Origin: a virus | Strand: one strand, 5' to 3' | DNA: 64,000 nt | Virus record (IMG/VR): IMGVR_UViG_3300031999_001882 | Location: 1-64,000 of that record | Shown here: positions 1-8,859 of the stretch, piece after piece | Numbering within the stretch: position 1 is the stretch's first letter | Layout: each line of letters starts with the position of its first letter | The notes under the pieces: model-generated | The model's database searches: none | Told to the model about the DNA's origin: nothing | Seen by the model: the letters and a program-made list of their open reading frames with translations, nothing else | Translations under genes and position numbers: made by a program

Positions 1-44
1 TGAATCCGCCACTTGGTGAACGGAACTGGAATGACATTCACCTA

Positions 45-764
45 TTATTCTTCACAGTAAATAAGCTCGCCAAGCACCTCAATTTCACGATCCCACGCCC
101 CAAGCACATACCAAAAACGACCCCACGGAGCGCTCGCCAAAAGAATAGGATCGCGCCTTGTCTCAGGCCCGCCGACATCCACAATAAGCTGAATCTGCGG
201 CTCATCCTTGCGAACTTTTTTCCACGCTTCGGTGAATTTTTCCAGCTCGTCCAGAGCCTCTGTTGGAACGCATTTATAGTAACCGTGGAGATTGGCCGTG
301 CGAAGTTTATATTTCTTGCACAATTCCTCGATCATCTTGTTGGTAGTAACTTCCCACCCGAACAGATGACCGTACTTCTTATATTTCTGCCGGGCTTTGA
401 GGAAGCTCATCGCCATCAATTCGTCACTCGGACTGATCTTCTGCTCTCTGAGAATCCGAATGCGCCTCTCGACAATTTTGATCTGCTTATCTATATCATC
501 GACGGACAAACGCGGCTTCTCCGTCAGAATCTCCGAGACAACTTCCACGGGCTTCTTGACGATCCGATTGTCCTCCTCCATCGGCTTAGTCGATACGCTG
601 TCGTACATCGGAGACACGACGTTGGCTGTGGCGCTCAGATTGGTTCCGGCATTCGACCAACTATAAACCTGAACCGACGGCGACTGCTCTGCCCATCCGG
701 TCTGATACGCTGGGCTACTCTTTTTCCGCATCTTCTGAATCAAACGCACCAATGTTCCGATCAT
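45..764 (-). CDS. conserved phage hypothetical protein
   Basis: Long ORF. Start placed at the ATG (764) that overlaps the upstream stop (ATGA). C-terminal DPILL...W.VLGAWD pattern. Confidence 0.65.
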   Translation of the reverse strand: MIGTLVRLIQKMRKKSSPAYQTGWAEQSPSVQVYSWSNAGTNLSATANVVSPMYDSVSTKPMEEDNRIVKKPVEVVSEILTEKPRLSVDDIDKQIKIVERRIRILREQKISPSDELMAMSFLKARQKYKKYGHLFGWEVTTNKMIEELCKKYKLRTANLHGYYKCVPTEALDELEKFTEAWKKVRKDEPQIQLIVDVGGPETRRDPILLASAPWGRFWYVLGAWDREIEVLGELIYCEE

Positions 765-1387
765 ATAGCCTCCCTTTCCCACACAAAGAACCCGGCCCCG
801 GAAATACCCACGGGCTTGGTTCGCGCCGCCAAGCGATAGCCGTCCGTGAGCTTGGATAGAACCGTCTCCGTATTAAAATGATGGATTGCGCCGCCCGTGT
901 ATTTTTCCACCAGCTTCTCATTCGGAATCGTATAGAGCACAACCACCTTTGGCTTGCTACCGAACATCACGGTCAACACATGAGTCGCCAGCTCCTCATC
1001 CATGATGTGATAGAGAACGTCGATGCACAGCATGGCATCGGCCTTAGCTCCCCACCGCTCCGTGAGCTTCTTCTCGATACCACATGATTTGTAGTCCTCA
1101 AAGCGCCCTTGCTCAAAAACAAAGTCCGGCTTCTTGACCAACTCCCGGCATTGCTTGACGGCTTCGGCGGAGATATCCACGCCAAAGTACCGCCTGCAAG
1201 TCAGCAGGTTTGCCAGATATCCGTCACCACACCCGAAATCAAAAACAGATTCCACTCCGAAATCAGCAAATATCCCGTTAAGGAACTTGGCTTTGAAATC
1301 CAGAAGATCGCCACGACTGCCTTCCCCGGACCCCAGCTTCTCCCGGTAGCGATCCTCCCAATACTTCGCCTCAAATGAATCATCCAT
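761..1387 (-). CDS. class I SAM-dependent methyltransferase
   Basis: Motif I SVFDFGCGDG, GVDIS, and CIDVLYHI. N-terminal YWEDRY..SGEGS. Confidence 0.85.
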   Translation of the reverse strand: MDDSFEAKYWEDRYREKLGSGEGSRGDLLDFKAKFLNGIFADFGVESVFDFGCGDGYLANLLTCRRYFGVDISAEAVKQCRELVKKPDFVFEQGRFEDYKSCGIEKKLTERWGAKADAMLCIDVLYHIMDEELATHVLTVMFGSKPKVVVLYTIPNEKLVEKYTGGAIHHFNTETVLSKLTDGYRLAARTKPVGISGAGFFVWEREAI

Positions 1388-1626
1388 CAGAATCCCACCT
1401 TCGACAGCAATGCCTTGATCTTGAACTCGTCCTCTTTGATCGCGACTTCGAGCTTGGCGATCTCTGTGCTCAGCGCCTCCGGGTCAATCCCGTCGGCTTT
1501 GATTGACTCCACAACCTGCGCCCGGCGAGCTTCCAGCGATTCGAGCTGGGTTTTCAGCCGGACATAGTTCTCCTTGCACCGTGCATAACTCTCTTGCATT
1601 TGTGCGATCTGACGAAGATCAGGCAT
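1387..1626 (-). CDS. coiled-coil hypothetical protein
   Basis: GGAGAA SD before MPDLRQ. Heptad-rich sequence. Confidence 0.65.
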   Translation of the reverse strand: MPDLRQIAQMQESYARCKENYVRLKTQLESLEARRAQVVESIKADGIDPEALSTEIAKLEVAIKEDEFKIKALLSKVGF

Positions 1627-1744
1627 CGGGTTCTCCTTTTTTTGCTTTACAGCGCCAGTAGCCAACCGCCATGCCCAGCCCAAAAGCCAGAGCCAAGGCC
1701 AAAATCAAAATTCCAAGCCACACCCACAAGGTCACGACAATCAC
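1619..1744 (-). CDS. small single-pass membrane protein (~41 aa, not in ORF track)
   Basis: VIVVTLWVWLGILILALALAFGLGMAVGYWRCKAKKGEPDA*. Fills the gap between sbcD and the next gene. Start uncertain. Confidence 0.5.
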   Translation of the reverse strand: MIVVTLWVWLGILILALALAFGLGMAVGYWRCKAKKGEPDA

Positions 1745-1755
1745 GTTGGCGGTGG

Positions 1756-2709
1756 TCAGGCCACTCGCTTCAAATAAGTTCTGCAAGTCTCTACCACCGC
1801 CCGATCCACGCCCTGCTCTTTGGCGACTGTCTCCAACGTCTCCTCGGCATTGAGCGCGGTGATATTGGTCTGCACCGCCTGAACGAACTCCTCCGCCAGC
1901 TTGCGCTCGTCGGCGATGTCATCCTCGATCTTATCCACCATAAACGCTTCCTGCCAAGGCACGGCGCTCTTGAGTGGAACCAGCTCGTAGCGCGGGCCGC
2001 CGTTCTCATATTCGACATAGAGCACCTGCGGCATCCGCTCCATATCCTTCTTGTCGCGGGTCAGACGCACCATACTCCCCGGATTGATGAACAGCGTGTT
2101 ACCCACCGACATCTTGAACGGATAATGGTAGTGGCCGCACAGCACCAGATCGAAGCGCGTCTTAATGTCTGAGGCAATAACGTGCTTGAACCTCACAGGC
2201 TCGTTCACGATAGTGTCATGGCAGACGAGGATGCACCAGTCGTACTCCTTATAGCTGTCCAAGGTAAAGCGGTCCGCATTCTTCTTGTCGAGATAATGGC
2301 TCAGCCGAATCAAGAAACGACGCTCGGTGGCGATAGACGTTCCCGGTGGCGGTGGCACAGGCTCCTTGATGATGATGTCCTTGTCGGTCAGCTTCAAGAA
2401 CCCGGATCGCTCCATGAGGCCGATGGCCGTCGAGTCCAGCCCTTCATAGCTGTCGCTCTTATAGTCGTGGTTGCCAACGGTGATGTAAGTCGGCACGCTC
2501 ATGCGCTTGATCGTCTCTACGATCACATCCACATCAGGATTGTCATTATGATAGAGGTCGCCACCGTGCAGTACGAAGTCAGCTTTACGCTCCTTGGCGA
2601 TGGCATAGACCTCAGCCCACTTCGCCATGATCTGATCGAAGAATTGCGGCGTGCGGTACTTCGGCACGGCGCGGGTCAGGTGACTGTCTGTGACATATAA
2701 AAATCTCAT
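1756..2709 (-). CDS. sbcD: SbcD/Mre11-like metallophosphoesterase nuclease
   Basis: DSH, GGDLY, GNHD, CHD, GHYH, NPGS motifs. ATG at 2709 is coupled to the SbcC-like stop. Confidence 0.9.
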   Translation of the reverse strand: MRFLYVTDSHLTRAVPKYRTPQFFDQIMAKWAEVYAIAKERKADFVLHGGDLYHNDNPDVDVIVETIKRMSVPTYITVGNHDYKSDSYEGLDSTAIGLMERSGFLKLTDKDIIIKEPVPPPPGTSIATERRFLIRLSHYLDKKNADRFTLDSYKEYDWCILVCHDTIVNEPVRFKHVIASDIKTRFDLVLCGHYHYPFKMSVGNTLFINPGSMVRLTRDKKDMERMPQVLYVEYENGGPRYELVPLKSAVPWQEAFMVDKIEDDIADERKLAEEFVQAVQTNITALNAEETLETVAKEQGVDRAVVETCRTYLKRVA

Positions 2710-3833
2710 AGCCGGGCCACCAGTTCCTTCATCTTGACCGCGCTCAGCTCGGCGTAGCAGAACGGACAAACGCGCAAAGCTTCCATCTCTTTGTGCGCCT
2801 TATCGAGCTTTTCATTTTCACGCTCAATAGAATACTCACAGTCAGCGATCTCCTTGTTAAGAAGTCGTCGGTCGCTCCATGCCTTGTCCAGCCGTTCTTT
2901 GAGCTGAACCCTCTCTCGAAGCTCATCCAGCGTTGCCTTGGTCGCGTCGAAATCAATGGACGCTTCTTTGAGCGCCACAGTCGTGTGGCGAATCGTCTCC
3001 TGAATCTGGCTATAAGAGTCCAGCGTCTTGGTCAGGCGATCCCATTGCTTATACAGGTCCAGAATCCGGTCGAACGACACAGCATCCATGATGGTTTTGT
3101 GCGTGGTCATCCCGGCCCGGTGCGCCGCCATATCATCGTCAATCTTGGCGATGCTGTCCCGCACCGACAGCCAGAGCTGATACTTGTTGACCTTGCTTTC
3201 GTAAGCGGTGCGCCGCCAGTCCAGCTCCTTATAGATCGGTTCATGGGCGGCCATCTCGCCGTCGAGCTTCTGGCACTCTTTGTCCTGCTCCTGCCAGATA
3301 CCTTCGGTCACTTTCATCTCTTTGTCGAGCTGGTTGCCATCCTTCTGCATCTCGCGCAGGGCCTTGTCAATTAAGTCCAGCCCAGAGATCATGCCAAGGA
3401 GCTTGGCCCGGACCGGGGCGCTTTCCGACAAGAGAAACGGCTCAGCGCCCTGCTTGGACAGGCTCACCGGAACAAAATAGTCGTCAATCCAGACTCCGGT
3501 GCTACCGATGGCGCGGCGCACCTTCTCCGGCACATCGTCGCCCAGCCTCTCGAACGTCTCCTGATTAACGATGTAAGAGTTGACCTTCGGCCCTTTGAGG
3601 CGCGTGATCTCATTACCGTCATCAAAGACCACGGTGACTTCAAAGAAATCAGTCCCGTGGCGCACATAGGAATTGCTCACGTCGTTTTGCAGGACAGCGC
3701 CCAGCGCCCGGATAATCGAGGACTTGCCCTCGTCCGATGAACCGACCAGCGCGTTCACGCCCGGCACGAATTCCAGCGTCGTGTCGGCGTGGCTCTGGAA
3801 ATTATGAAGCGACAGTTTCTTTATGGTTTTCAT
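2706..3833 (-). CDS. sbcC: SbcC/Rad50-like ATPase, N-terminal half only (Walker A, coiled coil, zinc hook)
   Basis: NFQSH, Walker A GSSDEGKSS, coiled coil ending in CPFC. No ABC signature or Walker B. Confidence 0.85.
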   Translation of the reverse strand: MKTIKKLSLHNFQSHADTTLEFVPGVNALVGSSDEGKSSIIRALGAVLQNDVSNSYVRHGTDFFEVTVVFDDGNEITRLKGPKVNSYIVNQETFERLGDDVPEKVRRAIGSTGVWIDDYFVPVSLSKQGAEPFLLSESAPVRAKLLGMISGLDLIDKALREMQKDGNQLDKEMKVTEGIWQEQDKECQKLDGEMAAHEPIYKELDWRRTAYESKVNKYQLWLSVRDSIAKIDDDMAAHRAGMTTHKTIMDAVSFDRILDLYKQWDRLTKTLDSYSQIQETIRHTTVALKEASIDFDATKATLDELRERVQLKERLDKAWSDRRLLNKEIADCEYSIERENEKLDKAHKEMEALRVCPFCYAELSAVKMKELVARL

Positions 3834-6800
3834 CGAGTCTCAAATCCTTATCGCTCAGCACAACAAACAGACCTTTGTCATCAAACCTGAGATTGCTTTC
3901 GCCCCTGTATGCCATGAACTTAATAACCGCGCCTTCTTTGAGCTTGTCCTTGTGCAAAAGATACGCTTGATTAAACATCACCAATTCCAGCCGAGCATAA
4001 TTGTAATCTTCAACGACTAGAATGCAGAACTCCCTGCCATCCTTCTTGGCCTTTTTGACCATCACCGAATCAATGACTCCGCACCACATTCCATAACCGC
4101 CGATAGCGGCCTCGTCGATCTGTGACATAAGACGAGAATTATCGAGATACTTGCGATAGCGCCGAAGTGGATGGTCAGTCAGATACACGCCAAAGACTTC
4201 CTTCTCCTGCACCAGATAATCGTCCGACAAATCCTTATCTGCCTCGCCCTTCCCATACGCCTTGTCATAGGTCTGGCGCGTCTCGGCATCATCCCAGCGA
4301 GTGAACGACCCAGCCTTGTAAAGCGCCCGGATCACGCGCCTGTCCAGAAGCCGCTTGCTCCCAATCTTGGCGATCATATCCGCCAGACTGTTGAAGGGGC
4401 GCTTCTCGGTGATCTCTCGGATGGCATTCTCAGACACGCCCTTGATCGCATTAAAACCCCAGACCAGCTTCCCCTCCCGGTCATACCCGAAGCGCTCCCC
4501 GGCCTCATTGACGAGCGGAAGCTTGATCGGCACGCGATGATTGGAAGCCATGAGGATGTATCGCTTAATATCCTCCATATCCTTCTCGGCAGAGTTAAAC
4601 ATCGCCAGAATGAATGCCGGGAAATGATGATGCTTGAGGTATGCCATCCAGTAGCTCATCATGGCGTACTCAACAGCGTGCGGGCGGTTGAAAGTATATT
4701 CGGTGTATTTCGAGATCGTGGCCCACAACCCCTCAGCCTGCTCCGTGCTCAGCCCATGCGCCACGCACCCATCAATGAATGTCTGGTAGTTTTTCTGAAC
4801 CTCGGCATCCTTGACCTCGGCGGCAATCTTGTTCTTCGCCATGACCTTGCGAAACTCGTCAGCAATGCCATAGGACATCCCGGCGGCTCTGTGAATGATC
4901 TCCATGACCTGCTCTTGGTAAATGAACGTGCCGTAGGTATCCTTGAGAATATCATTGACCACCGAAATCGGGTGATAAACTTTCTCCTCGCCGCGCTTGG
5001 TCGCATCCCGGTTAGCACAGTAAAGCTCCGGCATCCCGCCTTTGATCGGGCTGGGACGATAGAGCGCGATGATGTCATGGAGTTCCTGAAAGCGATCTGG
5101 CTTGATTCGCCTGATAAGCGCCCGAAGCTGGGAGCTTTTATCGAGCTGGAAAATGCCTTCCACCTCCCCGTTGGCGATCATCTTGTAAACTTCCGAGTCA
5201 GCAAGCGGCAGAGTTTCCAGATTGATGGTCTTGCCGTCCATCTCCCGCACGTTCTTCAAAATGTCGTCGATGATCGTGACAGTCTTGAGGCCCAGAATAT
5301 CCATCTTGATAAGCCCAAAGCGGCTGATTGTGTCCTTATCAAACTGAACCATCGCCTTGATAACGTCCTCGTCTTGGCGCGGACGCATAAGCGGCACAAC
5401 ATCACGAAGCGGCTTCGATGAGATCACCACCCCGGCAGGATGCTTCCCGAATTGACGCAGGCTCCCTTCAAAAAACACCGCGCTCTTAAACAAATCGTCA
5501 TAGGTCCGATTCAAATCTTGAGCCTTCTCGTCAGACTCCAAAGCTTCCTTGATGGAATCGTAGTCATCCCACGGCGCGGCGGCGGTGATGTAGTTCATCG
5601 TTCCAAAGTCGATGCCCATAACCCTGCCCACATCCTTCAAGGCAGATTTAGGTGAACGCTTGGCGCAGGTCACGATCTGCGCGACCTTATCCTCGCCATA
5701 ACTCTTGACGATATACTGCAACACCTCGTCCCGACGCTTGGGGCAAAAATCCATGTCAATGTCTGGCAGGTCTTTACGCAGAGGATTGATGAACCGCTCG
5801 AAAATCAACTTGTGATAGATCGGGTCCACCCCGGTGATGCCAAAGAGCCACGCCACCAAAGACGATCCCACCGTGCCTCGACCGATTCCGTGCGGGATTT
5901 TTTGCTCGTTGGCAAAACGAATCAAATCCCAGACCACCAGAAAATAATTATAGAAGCCGCTCTCAACAATCTGCTCCATCTCATGTATCAGCCGATCCTT
6001 GTATGGCTGGCATTCCGGCGTACTCCAATGTGGGATGAGCTTGGCTTCGATCTTCGCATCCCAGCACTTCTCCACCAGATCGGTGAACAGCTTGAGGCTT
6101 GCTTCATCCGTTTCCTCATAAGACGGAAACAGGTTAATGTTTTTGGCGATCAACGGCTCCTCAGCGCTGTCCTCCACCATGTCCGCGATCCGAGCGGTGT
6201 TTTCCAACGCTTGCTCGACATCGGCGGGCAGAATCGTCGGATGATTCTTGAGGAACATATCAAGAACTTCATGCGGCGGCATCAAATGGTAGGTCGCTTC
6301 CCGCAGGTGCGGACGGTTCTCCTCGTCGAGATCGGTGTGCATCTGCATCGCCATGAGCAAGTCCTGATCCTTGGCATCGCCCGGCTCAAGATAATGCGCG
6401 TCGAGACTCACCACCATCGGGATTTTTTCGAGCTTGTGAATTTGATAGAGAGCGGAGTTCAGCTTGATCTGATCGGGGATGCCGTGTGGCATCAGCTCAA
6501 GGTAATAACGGTCGCCAAGATTTCCCCTGATCCAGCGCACCCGGTTGAGCACATCGCCAAAATCCGCGCCATTGACGATCATCTGAGACACATCATTCTT
6601 GAGACAACCGGAGTTGACGATCAACCCGTCTTGATGCTCGAACAGCGTTTTGTAGTCTATGCGCGGCTTGTAATAAAACCCGTCGAGGTAAGAGTACGAG
6701 GACAGCCGGAACAGGTTAGAGACACCCTTGGGGTTAATGGCGTAGACGGTGATGTGGCCGAGATCGCGCTTGCGGTTCTCCGAGTCTTTGACCTTGGCAT

Positions 6801-7023
6801 CAGGCGTGATATAGAACTCACAGCCCAACAGAGGTATAATTCCGGCCTTTTTGCAGAGATCATAATGGTCGGCAACTCCGGCCACCGTCCCGTGATCGGT
6901 GAGCGAATAGCCCGTGTAGCCAAACTCCTTGGCTCTTTTAACGGCAGGGCCGGGACGGATCAGAGAATCCTGAAATGAGAACGCACCATGAGAGTGCAAG
7001 CACGCCATCCGAACAGCCACCAC
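3802..7023 (-). CDS. dnaE: DNA polymerase III alpha subunit (PHP + polymerase + OB fold)
   Basis: HSH..FSFQDS, TDHG, GFYYKPRID, GRGT, PDIDMDF, HPAGVVI, KMDILGL, YQEQVM, FNRPHA. Confidence 0.97.
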   Translation of the reverse strand: MVAVRMACLHSHGAFSFQDSLIRPGPAVKRAKEFGYTGYSLTDHGTVAGVADHYDLCKKAGIIPLLGCEFYITPDAKVKDSENRKRDLGHITVYAINPKGVSNLFRLSSYSYLDGFYYKPRIDYKTLFEHQDGLIVNSGCLKNDVSQMIVNGADFGDVLNRVRWIRGNLGDRYYLELMPHGIPDQIKLNSALYQIHKLEKIPMVVSLDAHYLEPGDAKDQDLLMAMQMHTDLDEENRPHLREATYHLMPPHEVLDMFLKNHPTILPADVEQALENTARIADMVEDSAEEPLIAKNINLFPSYEETDEASLKLFTDLVEKCWDAKIEAKLIPHWSTPECQPYKDRLIHEMEQIVESGFYNYFLVVWDLIRFANEQKIPHGIGRGTVGSSLVAWLFGITGVDPIYHKLIFERFINPLRKDLPDIDMDFCPKRRDEVLQYIVKSYGEDKVAQIVTCAKRSPKSALKDVGRVMGIDFGTMNYITAAAPWDDYDSIKEALESDEKAQDLNRTYDDLFKSAVFFEGSLRQFGKHPAGVVISSKPLRDVVPLMRPRQDEDVIKAMVQFDKDTISRFGLIKMDILGLKTVTIIDDILKNVREMDGKTINLETLPLADSEVYKMIANGEVEGIFQLDKSSQLRALIRRIKPDRFQELHDIIALYRPSPIKGGMPELYCANRDATKRGEEKVYHPISVVNDILKDTYGTFIYQEQVMEIIHRAAGMSYGIADEFRKVMAKNKIAAEVKDAEVQKNYQTFIDGCVAHGLSTEQAEGLWATISKYTEYTFNRPHAVEYAMMSYWMAYLKHHHFPAFILAMFNSAEKDMEDIKRYILMASNHRVPIKLPLVNEAGERFGYDREGKLVWGFNAIKGVSENAIREITEKRPFNSLADMIAKIGSKRLLDRRVIRALYKAGSFTRWDDAETRQTYDKAYGKGEADKDLSDDYLVQEKEVFGVYLTDHPLRRYRKYLDNSRLMSQIDEAAIGGYGMWCGVIDSVMVKKAKKDGREFCILVVEDYNYARLELVMFNQAYLLHKDKLKEGAVIKFMAYRGESNLRFDDKGLFVVLSDKDLRLDENHKETVAS

Positions 7024-7047
7024 GCCCTCCCCTTTGAGTCTCAGATT

Positions 7048-7245
7048 TCAGTATTCGCTGTAAACGACATAGACGACGTGGTTTCCGTTCTTATCCAAAG
7101 GCCCCGGTATGAGATATTCCAACTCACGGTCCAGCGAAACCCCGTTCGGCTGGGGATTCGCAGGCTCCTCGGCGAGAAACTTAGTTATAGATTTGGCGTT
7201 TTCTCTGGGATCAGAGCTGACAAAACACGCGACCTTTTTATCCAC
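7048..7245 (-). CDS. hypothetical protein
   Basis: Short ORF between a promoter and dnaE. Confidence 0.5.
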   Translation of the reverse strand: MDKKVACFVSSDPRENAKSITKFLAEEPANPQPNGVSLDRELEYLIPGPLDKNGNHVVYVVYSEY

Positions 7246-7251
7246 CGTGAA

Positions 7252-7280
7252 ACGGTACTAAACAAAAAAATCCTTGTCAA
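7252..7280 (-). promoter_or_regulatory. sigma70-like promoter for the dnaE operon
   Basis: TTGACA-N17-TACCGT in AT-rich intergenic DNA. Confidence 0.6.
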
Positions 7281-7323
7281 ATCTTCGACGAGAACAATCA
7301 AAATAACTAATTATTTCTCTGAA

Positions 7324-7389
7324 AACGGCATTGGATCGCCGTTGGCGAAGCGCCTATCATGGCATCCCGCCATGACAAGCGCCGCCAAC
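7324..7389 (-). terminator. long 3' hairpin plus small terminator-like hairpin
   Basis: 21-bp imperfect stem at 7341-7389, with G-U pairs on the minus strand. Followed by AACGGC-N8-GCCGTT and a short T run. Confidence 0.5.
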
Positions 7390-7393
7390 ACAA

Positions 7394-8227
7394 TTATGCC
7401 GCAACAGCTAATTGTTTTCCGCATCGAGGACAGTATGACTCATCCTTTCTCTTGAATCCACAGCCGCATTGATCGACGAGCTGATTCACGCCCCGGAGTT
7501 TAATCGTCAACGTAACGCACTTCGACAAATCAACGTCCACAAAAGTTGTCGAAAAAGACTGGCTCGACAAACTTCCTTCGACCGTCGCGGCGGCTTCCGA
7601 GTCATCAGAGAACGCCGGAGCGCTCCCCATCTGCGTGCCACAGTTCATCGCCATCGCCGACACCGTTCCGCCTCCGCCAGCGCTCAGGCCCTTGGTTGAG
7701 AAGCTGTTAGAGTCCACGGACGAACCGTAAAACGGCCCATTCCAGAGGCCGTGACAATTCGGACAGCTCCCACAGCAATGCCCGTGGAAGCATTTGATGT
7801 GGTTGCAATGGCAGTTGATGTGGTGCGTGCAGTAGTGCTTGTGCTCCTCATGGATCACATGGCGCTCGGTCACCACCGGGTCTTTCTCCGGGTAGAAATT
7901 GACATGGATCAGGCCATTCTCCACATCATCCGGCTGACTGACCTTCGGATCGCTTGTCTTGGCGAGCTTGAAGCGCGGGCCGTTAGACAGGCTCGATCCA
8001 TCAACGAAGCGCTCCAAATCGAGCGTTCCGTCCGCTTGGATCACGACACCTTTTGCCGCTACGCGACCGTCGATATGAACGTCGGCGACAGCACGCTTGC
8101 GACTTTTATTTTTGAGCCGAAGCTGGTACTCAGCCCCGAAGGGAAGAACTACAACGTCGTTGGTTTCTTTTTGGATTTTGCCGTTGACCACCACGGCGAG
8201 GACATACTGCTCTCGATAGGCCATCAT
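7394..8227 (-). CDS. conserved phage protein with His/Cys-rich linker and C-terminal zinc ribbon
   Basis: YQLRLKN..RAVADVHIDG beta-rich N-terminus, HKHYCTHHINCHCNHIKC, C-terminal CGCG..CPRCG, strong SD. Confidence 0.8.
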   Translation of the reverse strand: MMAYREQYVLAVVVNGKIQKETNDVVVLPFGAEYQLRLKNKSRKRAVADVHIDGRVAAKGVVIQADGTLDLERFVDGSSLSNGPRFKLAKTSDPKVSQPDDVENGLIHVNFYPEKDPVVTERHVIHEEHKHYCTHHINCHCNHIKCFHGHCCGSCPNCHGLWNGPFYGSSVDSNSFSTKGLSAGGGGTVSAMAMNCGTQMGSAPAFSDDSEAAATVEGSLSSQSFSTTFVDVDLSKCVTLTIKLRGVNQLVDQCGCGFKRKDESYCPRCGKQLAVAA

Positions 8228-8230
8228 TAT

Positions 8231-8299
8231 GTTTCTCCTTTGCGTTAGTGTGGTTCTGTTTATGCAGAGGCACAGAACAAGCCTCAGACAAAAGGAAAC
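8231..8299 (-). promoter_or_regulatory. 5'-UTR H-type pseudoknot enclosed by an anti-Shine-Dalgarno helix
   Basis: GAGGC/GCCTC (S1) interleaved with GTTCTGT/ACAGAAC (S2). Outer helix GTTTCCTTTTG/CAAAGGAGAAAC. Confidence 0.6.
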
Positions 8300-8323
8300 G
8301 AGCTACAAAATACGATAGGAAAT

Positions 8324-8611
8324 TTAATAGTGAACGTCAATCTTGGGCTGGGTTATTTCTTGAACGAAGCCATGCGGGAGCCTATCGCCATCGACGGTAT
8401 AAGGAATGAAATAAACGAGATCGCCTTTCCTGATCTTCCGGTCAAAGATGAGGGTCCGCCCGTCCCGGCAAAAAGCCCGCCACTCATTCGAGCCATAGGT
8501 CATGGACTTCTGGCTGACAGCATCCACGACGCAATGAGGCCGAGTCTCGCGCCGAGAAGTGCTGGCGCACCCGGTCAGGATCAACGATGAAAGAAGCCAG
8601 ATTTTTGTCAC
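8324..8611 (-). CDS. lipoprotein
   Basis: Signal peptide with lipobox LTGC. Confidence 0.65.
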   Translation of the reverse strand: MTKIWLLSSLILTGCASTSRRETRPHCVVDAVSQKSMTYGSNEWRAFCRDGRTLIFDRKIRKGDLVYFIPYTVDGDRLPHGFVQEITQPKIDVHY

Positions 8612-8668
8612 GCGAATCCTGTTAATAGGCTTCTTGAACCTTCCTGAATCTCGCGTTAAACGCTGGGT

Positions 8669-8755
8669 ATGGAAAGCCCCATCCCTCTTTACGGTGTCTT
8701 GATCGGACTGCTCATCATCGCCTGCGGTTTCTTAAATGGGAGCGACAAACCATGA
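8669..8755 (+). CDS. 28-aa hydrophobic micro-protein (not in ORF track)
   Basis: MESPIPLYGVLIGLLIIACGFLNGSDKP*. ATGA-coupled to the next ORF. Confidence 0.4.
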   Translation: MESPIPLYGVLIGLLIIACGFLNGSDKP

Positions 8756-8859
8756 AATTTTACTGCGACAGATGTCATAAAGAAGTCGAACCCATTGTCG
8801 AAGGCAACCGACATCATTGCCCGTTTTGCCACGCCGTTATCTGGGTCAATCTCTTTTAG
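8752..8859 (+). CDS. 35-aa zinc-ribbon micro-protein (not in ORF track)
   Basis: MKFYCDRCHKEVEPIVEGNRHHCPFCHAVIWVNLF*. CxxC-N14-CxxC, GGGAG SD. Confidence 0.6.
   Translation: MKFYCDRCHKEVEPIVEGNRHHCPFCHAVIWVNLF

Noticed and set aside
4171-6978. Long plus-strand ORFs (416 and 388 aa) and similar antisense ORFs elsewhere
   Set aside because: Shadow ORFs opposite dnaE and other genes caused by codon bias, with no recognisable motifs.
3802-7023. Intein or intron in dnaE (also checked recA and the helicase)
   Set aside because: Lengths and motif spacing are normal, with no intein terminal motifs or LAGLIDADG insert.
8253-8285. preQ1-I riboswitch identity for the pseudoknot
   Set aside because: Only the P1 stem resembles it. 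The loop and A-rich tail consensus are not matched, and no queuosine genes are present. Left unassigned.
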